DNA of 64,000 nucleotides from a plasmid, in the sequence record NZ_CP035507.1, one strand, 5' to 3'. Shown one piece after another: positions 57,373-64,000 of this stretch. The notes beneath the pieces are model-generated. The model was not told the origin of the DNA. It did not search any database and worked only from the letters and a program-made list of their open reading frames with translations. Position numbers and translations under genes: made by a program. Within the stretch, counting starts at the first letter, position 1. Each line of letters begins with the position of its first letter.

Positions 57373-57591
57373 ATGCTCAAAAACATGGGTAGTCTCACAA
57401 ATAGAAGCACCAAAATCGAGGGTTTGGGCGGGTCGGAGTCCGAGATTTCGAGCTCAGCGTCCTATGACTCGTTGAACGGTGACGAACACGACGAGAGAAC
57501 CTCTCGGGATCGAGCCTCAATCGCCCTGCCCGCCAATGTGGCCGGCTCCGGCGCGCTCGACCGGCTGATCGATACCGCCCGGGACTACGCT
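57373..57591 (+). pseudogene. Tyrosine recombinase/integrase, 5' fragment interrupted by the Tn3-family transposon
   Basis: The reading frame continues in phase at 61302 once the transposon plus one target duplication is removed. Confidence 0.6.
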
Positions 57592-57624
57592 GGGGGCTGA
57601 TGCCGGAGGGGGCAGGATCCTACG

Positions 57625-60510
57625 TTAAGCCCTTTTCGGCCACTTGTATTCGCCAGTGAGCAGGACATGGGCCCAACCGAGGGGCGAGATGTGCGCCAGA
57701 AGGTTCGGCGAACAGTCCAGGCCTTCGCGGCGGCGGCTGGCGACGGCCTGGCCGAGATGCTTGGTGTTCCAGTAGATGACGATCGCGGCAAGAAGGTTCA
57801 GCCCGGCCATGCGGAAGTGCTGGGCTTCGGAGGTGCGGTCCCTGATCTCGCCCTGGCGGCCGATGCGGAGAGCGTTCTTCAGCGCGTGGTGGGCTTCGCC
57901 CTTGTTCAGGCCGATCTGGGCGCGGCGCTGCATGCCGGCATCAAGCAGCCAGTCGATGATGAAGAGCGTCCGTTCGACCCGTCCGATTTCCCGCAAGGCG
58001 ACCGCCAGTTCATGTTGCCTCGGGTAGGACGCGAACTTCCGCAGGAGTTGGCTCGGCGGGATGGCTCCTGACGCCATGGTCGCCACGCTGCGCAGGATAT
58101 CGGGCCAGTTCGCGGCGATGAGGGACTGCCTGATCTTGCCGCCGATCAGCCCTTTCAGCTCTTTCGGGCAGGCGGCCGGATCGAAGAGGTAGAGGCGCTT
58201 GGATGGCAGGTCGCGGATGCGGGGGATGAACTGGAAGCCCAGCAGGGCGGTGACGGCGAAGACGTGGTCGGTGAAGCCGCCAGTATCGGCATATTGCTCC
58301 CGGATCTTCTGCCCGGCGCTGGTCATCAGCAGGCCATCGAGGATGTAGGGCGCTTCGTTCACGGTAGCCGGGATGGTCTGTGTGGCGAAGGGACCGAACT
58401 GGTCGGAGACATGGGTGTAGGCTTTCAGCCCGGGCTCATGGCCGTACTTGGCGTTGATCAGATTCATCGCCTCGCCCTGGCGTGTCGTCGGGAAGAACTG
58501 CCCGTCGCTCGATGCGGTCTGTCCGGCGCCCCAGAACTGCGCCATCGGCAGTGCCGACTGCCCGTCGATCACCATGGCCAGGGCGCGGGCCATCGCCTCG
58601 CTTTCGACATGCCAGCGCGACAGGCGGGAAAGCTGGAAGAAGTCGTGCGTGTTCGTGGCCCCGGCCATCTTGCTGAGGCCGAGATTCAGCCCCTCGGCAA
58701 GCAACACGTTCAGCAGGCCGATCCGGTCCCTGCACGGCGCGCCGGTGCGCAGATGCGTAAAGGCCTCGGTGAAGCCAACCTCCGCATCCACTTCGAGCAG
58801 GAGATCGGTGACCCTGACTTCCGGCAGGCGGCCATAGAGGTCGAGCACCAAGGCGTCGGCTTCCTCGGGAACCGCCGCAGCCAGCCGGTCGATTTTCAAG
58901 GTGCCGTCCTCGATGGAGCCTCCCGGCATGGTCCCGGCCCTAGCCGCACGCGCCAGGCGATGCAGGGCGTCAGCCATTCGGGCTTTGCGGTCGGCCAGCC
59001 AGGTTTCCGGCTCGAACGGCATGGCCAGCCTCGGCGTGGCGCGGGCGACGTCGACCGGGACCAGCGCTTCCTTCAGGTCGCCATACCTGCGCGAATGCGC
59101 CAGCCAGATATCACCGGAACGGAAGGCTTCGCGCAGATGGAACAGGACCGCGACCTCCCATATCCGGTGCTCATCTTCGCCATCCAGGTGGCGGTGCCAC
59201 TTCGAGGCGCGGCGCAGAAAGGTCAGCGGCCGGACGTCTGGTGTCGCCGTGCCCGCGATGACCGCGCTTGCCGCCAGCAGCGGCTCCGCCACGGGCGCGG
59301 CACAGATGTCGAGTACCCGCAGCATGCGCGGCGCATAACGCCGGAAGCGATGATATCCGTGACCGACATGCGCCAGCGGATCAGCGGCAAACGTGTCGGT
59401 CAGTTGAGCGGCCGTGGCGACAAGCCCCTTGAGGGATATCCAGCCGCCGGCATTGCCGACGGCCTCTTCGAGAGAGGCCCGATCCTCATGCGCTTCCAGG
59501 AGCGCCGCTCCCAATGTCCTGAAGGATTGCAGGGTGTCCTTCAGCGCCGATCTGGCATCGTCCATCCGGGCGTCACATCGTGACTTCGCCTCGCGCCAGG
59601 TCTTGCCCACGATGCGGTCATGGGTCTCGACGACAGCGTCAGCAATGGCGCAGCGCCATTCCAGCGCGCAGACCGCAAGGATGGCGAGGCGGCGGTCACC
59701 CGAGATATCCCTCAGATCGCCTGCGAAGTATCGCTCTCCCTGCCGACGAAGGCGGGCAACGCGGTGTGGCGGCACATCCGCCAGAATGCCCCGGTCCAGC
59801 GCCAGCGCGCGCAGGTATTCCAGCCGGTCCAGAAGGCGGTTCATGTCGGCCGAATTCTGCCCGGTTTCGAACTGGCGCAGCCAGACGAACCGCGTGACCG
59901 AGCCGCCCGCATCTTCGGTCAGGAGGGCATCGAGACGTGCTCGCATGGCATCGTCCAGCCGGCCACCGATCCGGGCGTCGATCCGGCGCTCGGCCGCGAC
60001 AAGCGCCTCCGCGCAAAGCCGCTCGATGACCGTGATCCCCGGGAAGATGGTCTGGGTTGCCCGGCACTGCTCGACGAAGCGCCGTGCCAGATCCTCGTTC
60101 GACCGGGCGGCTTCGGCGGCATCCTCAAGCCATATTTTCAGGTCACGTGCCCCACGGCCCGCGAACATCTTGTAGCCATAGATCTCGCGCAAGGCGGCCA
60201 GGTGCTCATGCCGGGTCTCTTCCCGGGTCGCATACCCGGCCAGATCGTCAGGCCTCATCCCGAGCTGCGCTGCCAGAAAGCGCGTGACCGCCAGCGGAAT
60301 GACCTCGCCCGGCGCCAGCAGCCGCCCCGGATACCGAAGCGCGCAGAGCTGCAGGGCGAAACCGAAGCGGTTGTGCGGACGACGACGGGCGCGGACGATC
60401 TCCAGATCGTCGTCTGCCAGCGTGTAGTGGCGCAGCATCGACGCGTCATCGGTCGGCAGGTCGAACAATGCCGCCCTTTGCCGGGCGGTCAGGATGCTGC
60501 GTCTTGGCAT
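57625..60510 (-). CDS. tnpA: Tn3-family transposase TnpA
   Basis: 961 aa; the stop codon lies inside IRL. Confidence 0.9.
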   Translation of the reverse strand: MPRRSILTARQRAALFDLPTDDASMLRHYTLADDDLEIVRARRRPHNRFGFALQLCALRYPGRLLAPGEVIPLAVTRFLAAQLGMRPDDLAGYATREETRHEHLAALREIYGYKMFAGRGARDLKIWLEDAAEAARSNEDLARRFVEQCRATQTIFPGITVIERLCAEALVAAERRIDARIGGRLDDAMRARLDALLTEDAGGSVTRFVWLRQFETGQNSADMNRLLDRLEYLRALALDRGILADVPPHRVARLRRQGERYFAGDLRDISGDRRLAILAVCALEWRCAIADAVVETHDRIVGKTWREAKSRCDARMDDARSALKDTLQSFRTLGAALLEAHEDRASLEEAVGNAGGWISLKGLVATAAQLTDTFAADPLAHVGHGYHRFRRYAPRMLRVLDICAAPVAEPLLAASAVIAGTATPDVRPLTFLRRASKWHRHLDGEDEHRIWEVAVLFHLREAFRSGDIWLAHSRRYGDLKEALVPVDVARATPRLAMPFEPETWLADRKARMADALHRLARAARAGTMPGGSIEDGTLKIDRLAAAVPEEADALVLDLYGRLPEVRVTDLLLEVDAEVGFTEAFTHLRTGAPCRDRIGLLNVLLAEGLNLGLSKMAGATNTHDFFQLSRLSRWHVESEAMARALAMVIDGQSALPMAQFWGAGQTASSDGQFFPTTRQGEAMNLINAKYGHEPGLKAYTHVSDQFGPFATQTIPATVNEAPYILDGLLMTSAGQKIREQYADTGGFTDHVFAVTALLGFQFIPRIRDLPSKRLYLFDPAACPKELKGLIGGKIRQSLIAANWPDILRSVATMASGAIPPSQLLRKFASYPRQHELAVALREIGRVERTLFIIDWLLDAGMQRRAQIGLNKGEAHHALKNALRIGRQGEIRDRTSEAQHFRMAGLNLLAAIVIYWNTKHLGQAVASRRREGLDCSPNLLAHISPLGWAHVLLTGEYKWPKRA

Positions 60511-60675
60511 GGCGATCTTTCAGGAAATCGTGATGGACGACCGTCCGTAAGGGGATCGGTGAGCGGACATGTGTCGAGAGGGTTGGGAGCGGTAAGGAAA
60601 CCGCACTCCATCCTATCTCGTATAGATGGTACGATTTGATTCGCACATGCCGCCCCTTATCCGTACACTCGCTAC
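60511..60675. promoter_or_regulatory. Putative res site / divergent tnpA-tnpR promoter region
   Basis: Position between divergent tnpA and tnpR, as in Tn3-family elements. Confidence 0.4.
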
Positions 60676-61263
60676 ATGACCGTGACCAAAATTGGCTATG
60701 CCCGCTGCTCCACCGACCGTCAGGACCTGACAGCGCAACGTGCTGCCCTTGCAGAGCTTGGGGTCACCGTAGACCGCATCTACACGGACCATGGCCTGAC
60801 CGGCACGAACCGCGCCCGCCCCGGTCTCGACCAAGCGCTTGCTGCTGTGCGAGAAGGCGACGTGCTGGTCGTGCCGAAACTCGATCGCCTTGCGCGCTCG
60901 GTCCCGGACGCACGGGCCATCGCGGATCAGTTGGAAAAGAAGGGCGTCAAGCTTGCCCTCGGCGCATCGGTCTACGATCCGACCGACCCGATGGGAAAGA
61001 TGTTCTTCAACATCCTCGCCACCTTCGCCGAGTTCGAGGCCGACCTCATCCGCATGCGTACCCGCGAAGGTATGGCCATCGCCCGAGCCAGGGGCAAGCT
61101 TCGGGGAAAGCAGCCGAAACTCTCGGAAAAACAACAAAAAGAACTGAGCCGGATGCACGCCTCCGGCGAATATTCCATCAGCGATCTCGCTGAGCTCTTT
61201 GCCGTCTCAAGACCGACCGTCTACAGGACGCTGCAGCGAAATCCGGCCAAAACTCAGCCTTAG
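60676..61263 (+). CDS. tnpR: Serine recombinase/resolvase TnpR
   Basis: YARCSTDRQD catalytic-serine motif, C-terminal HTH; the stop lies inside IRR. Confidence 0.85.
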   Translation: MTVTKIGYARCSTDRQDLTAQRAALAELGVTVDRIYTDHGLTGTNRARPGLDQALAAVREGDVLVVPKLDRLARSVPDARAIADQLEKKGVKLALGASVYDPTDPMGKMFFNILATFAEFEADLIRMRTREGMAIARARGKLRGKQPKLSEKQQKELSRMHASGEYSISDLAELFAVSRPTVYRTLQRNPAKTQP

Positions 61264-61301
61264 CGTAGGATTCTGCCCCCTCCGGCATCAGACCCCACGC
61301 T

Positions 61302-62234
61302 GAGGCCTCGACTGCTGGGAACACGAACAAGGCCTACGCCGCCGACTGGAAACACTTCACCCGCTGGTGCCGACTGAAAGGCACAGAACCTCTGCCCCCC
61401 TCACCCGAGATGATTGGACTTTATGTGGCTGATCTGGCTGCACCAACCGGGAAGACCCCTGCCCTTTCGGTCTCCACGATCGAGCGTCGTCTCTCGGGGC
61501 TTTCCTGGAACTATAGGCAGCGCGGCTTCACTCTTGATCGCAAGGATCGCCACATCGCCACTGTTCTGGCTGGGATCAAACGCAAGCATGCGCGCCCGCC
61601 GGTTCAGAAGGAAGCTATCCTGCCTGAGGATATCCAGGCCATGGTGGCCACCCTGCCCTACGATCTCCGCGGGCTCCGAGATCGGGCGATCTTGCTTCTG
61701 GGTTATGCAGGCGGCCTGCGCAGGTCGGAGGTGGTCAACCTCGACATACACAAGGATGATACACCGGACTCCGGCGGCTGGCTGGAGATCTTCGACAAAG
61801 GCGCGCTGCTCACGCTTAACGCCAAGACCGGTTGGCGCGAGGTCGAGGTCGGGCGCGGCTCAAGCGACCAGACCTGTCCCGTCCACGCGCTGGAGCAATG
61901 GCTACACTTTGCCAAGATCGGCTTTGGCCCAGTCTTCGTGCGCACCTCGCGGGACGGCAAAAGCGCCCTCGAGGCGCGCCTTTCCGACAAGCACGTCGCA
62001 AGACTGATCAAGGCAACCGTTCTTAAGAGTGGTGTCAGATCCGATTTGCCGGAAGCCAAACGGTTGGCAATGTTCTCAGGGCATTCCTTGCGTGCCGGGC
62101 TCGCCTCGTCGGCAGAGGTTGATGAGCGCTATGTTCAAAAGCACCTAGGACATGCGTCGGCCGAGATGACCCGGCGCTACCAGCGCAGGCGCGACAGGTT
62201 CCGGGTGAACCTGACCAAAGCGGCAGGGCTGTGA
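61302..62234 (+). pseudogene. Tyrosine recombinase/integrase, 3' part (SAM-like N-terminal domain plus catalytic domain)
   Basis: KAYAADWKHFTRWC N-domain motif; HSLRAG...HLGHAS...TRRY catalytic residues. Confidence 0.6.
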
Positions 62235-62328
62235 AGACCAGGAATCTTGAGGCGTTGGTGAAGCGCTAAGGTGAAATTCCAGCGCTTCAGTTTCAGCTTA
62301 CTGCTTCAATTGAAATCGGGAGCTAAAC

Positions 62329-63201
62329 GCGACAGCGCGCGTTTCGACCGAGGATCAGACCCCCCTGCCCCAGTCGCAGGCCCTGAAATCCGCGGGCTGC
62401 GTCGAGATCCACGAGGAGCAGGCCTCGGGCGGCAATCGTGCGCGACCGGTGCTTGCGCGGGTGCTGGAGCGGATCGGCAAGGGCGACACGCTGGTCGTCG
62501 TGCGGATCGACCGTCTTGCGCGATCACTCTCGCATCTGCTGGAGGTGATCGAGCGGCTGGAAGCCAGGGGCGCCTTCTTCCGCTCGCTCATGGACCCGAT
62601 CGACACGTCCTCCCCGCAGGGCAAATTCACTCTCCAGGTCCTGGGCGCCGCCGCTGAGTTCGAGCGCGCCCTGATCCGCGAACGCACCAAGGCGGGGTTG
62701 GCCAGCGCACGAACCAAAGGCCGGGTCGGCGGCAATCCGGGCCTGCGCGCCCATGATCCGGCCGCGCTGCGCAAGGTCCGGCTGGCGCGGCAGGACGGCT
62801 ACATGGAACGCCTGAACGAGACGGCGCAGGACTGGGTGCCCCATGTGCGACGCCTGCGGCCCGACATGGCCTGGGAAGACGTGCTGCGCATCGTCAACGG
62901 CCCCCTGCCCCGCGAGCGCCAATGGACGCAAAGCCGCCTTTTGCGCGCAGTCAACGCCTATGTGCGGGACGGCTTCCTACCGCCCACGGTACTGGACCGC
63001 GCCGGCCGCCGCGAAACCGACGACCGCCTGCCCGCCATCGTCGCCGCCATCAAGGGCGCGGACCCCGACATCACGCTTCAGGCGATTTGCACCCGGCTGG
63101 AGGCGATGCGCGAGCGAACACCCCGTGGGCGGACAAGCTGGCAACCCTCCTCGGTGAAGATGCTGCTGGAGCGAGCCGAGAGGCTGGGGCTGCTTGAGTA
63201 G
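62329..63201 (+). pseudogene. Serine recombinase (resolvase/invertase family) lacking a start codon, probably 5'-truncated
   Basis: The frame is open from 62329 (NRELNATARVSTEDQ) with no ATG or GTG; the first Met is at 62449, after the catalytic Ser. Confidence 0.5.
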
Positions 63202-63279
63202 TCGAGCTACCTTGCAAATCCTCCAAGACGTGGAAGGATTACAAGGCTGTGGTCAGCTCCACGCTCAGTAGCTGTCCGG

Positions 63280-63675
63280 TCATGTAAAGGGGTTGACGAT
63301 GCGAAGCTGGCCTTCCACGAGCAGGCCATCTTGCATGTCCTCGCTCCACAGCGTGGTGCAGCCCGCAACCAAAGCGCTGGCCACGATCATCGCGTCGTAG
63401 ATCGAGAAGCCGTAGCGTTCCGCCAAGGCACGGCCGACGTCATGGGTCTGGAGGGTCAGGTCTTCGACGGGGCACAAAGCACGCACTCCTTCGAGAAACG
63501 CCCCTGCTTCCTCCCAACTCAGGCCAGCCTTGCGGCGACAGTTGACCAGCGTCTCGTTCAGGACTTGAACGCTGATCCGGGGCCCCTGCCCCAGGATGAC
63601 CTCGGCGCGATCGGCCTTCGGGCCGTCGTCGAGCAGGTAAAGAACGACATTCGTATCCGCGAATTCAGCGCTCAT
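63280..63675 (-). CDS. vapC: PIN-domain toxin VapC
   Basis: MSAEFADTNVVLYLLD PIN N-terminus; the alternative start at 63684 overlaps the antitoxin. Confidence 0.65.
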   Translation of the reverse strand: MSAEFADTNVVLYLLDDGPKADRAEVILGQGPRISVQVLNETLVNCRRKAGLSWEEAGAFLEGVRALCPVEDLTLQTHDVGRALAERYGFSIYDAMIVASALVAGCTTLWSEDMQDGLLVEGQLRIVNPFT

Positions 63676-63892
63676 GCGCGTCATCGCGGCTCAGGCGCTC
63701 TGCAGCGGGCAGCTTGCCCCGGAAGCGGCGCAGACCCGTAAGCACCTCATCCGCGCGCGCCAGACGACGGACTCTGACCTGGCCGTCGTCCTTCACCAGA
63801 TCGATCTGATCGCCTTCTTTGAGGCCAAGTTCCCGGACAAGCTCCGCGGGCAAGCGGACGGCGAGCGAGTTGCCCCATTTTGCTACCTGCAT
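63665..63892 (-). CDS. vapB: AbrB/MazE-type antitoxin VapB
   Basis: MQVAKWGNSLAVRLP swapped-hairpin N-terminus; AGGAGG lies 7 nt upstream of ATG 63892. Confidence 0.6.
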   Translation of the reverse strand: MQVAKWGNSLAVRLPAELVRELGLKEGDQIDLVKDDGQVRVRRLARADEVLTGLRRFRGKLPAAERLSRDDAHER

Positions 63893-64000
63893 TTTGGCCT
63901 CCTGTGTGGATATACAATCAGGAATGTATATCACACTAGCTGCATGGGCAAGCCTGTCCGCTGCTTGGGCCGCTCTTGTGCGTCGCGCAGTGGCTGACAC

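Larger units (their letters stand above)
57592..61296 (-). mobile_element. Tn3-family transposon (tnpA, res, tnpR) with 38-bp terminal inverted repeats and a 5-bp ACGCT target duplication
   Basis: IRL GGGGGCTGATGCCGGAGGGGGCAGGATCCTACGTTAAG (57592-57629) and IRR GGGGTCTGATGCCGGAGGGGGCAGAATCCTACGCTAAG (61259-61296, reverse complement); flanks 57587-57591 and 61297-61301 are both ACGCT. Confidence 0.9.

Noticed and set aside
1-64000. tRNA, rRNA or CRISPR arrays
   Set aside because: No T-loop-like GGTTCGAATCC-type motifs, rRNA-like conserved stretches or regularly spaced short repeats were recognised by eye. A tRNAscan/Infernal run would be needed to be certain.

Overview
This is a high-GC (roughly 65%, judged by eye) alphaproteobacterial-type window dominated by a conjugative element, either an ICE or a plasmid backbone. 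Backbone genes: a Toprim protein, DUF2493 and WGR proteins, ParA, a MobC + MOBQ-type relaxase + VirD4 module, and a tightly translationally coupled VirB/Trb-like type IV secretion operon (virB2, B3, B4, lipoprotein, SLT, B5-like, B8, B9, B10, B11, hypothetical, B6). A tyrosine integrase gene is split by an intact Tn3-family transposon. Its 38-bp inverted repeats (35/38 identical) and a 5-bp ACGCT target duplication are directly visible in the sequence.

Cargo includes, first, a ~18-kb, five-gene plus-strand defence operon (2335-20666) behind a WYL (BrxR/CapW-like) regulator. It encodes an SNF2 helicase, a 1650-aa N6-adenine methyltransferase, an embedded ImmA/IrrE-type HExxH peptidase, a 2133-aa DExH helicase + DUF1998-like + DUF559-like nuclease fusion, and a UvrD-like helicase. 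This resembles DISARM class 1 but with fusions and extra components, and it is the best candidate for an undescribed system variant. Second, there is a short-pAgo + DREN(DUF4365)-APAZ (SPARDA-type) pair between virD4 and the virB operon. Third, there are two Fic proteins.

Other elements: two identical 864-bp IS5-family (IS427-group) copies in direct orientation, one of which truncated an antitoxin gene and the other a tniA/IS3 junction; tniB/tniQ remnants; an HlyD + ABC-2 permease operon; ScpB/DUF1403; a vapBC pair.

No rRNA, tRNA or CRISPR array was recognised. All homology statements rest on motif recognition by eye, not on database searches.
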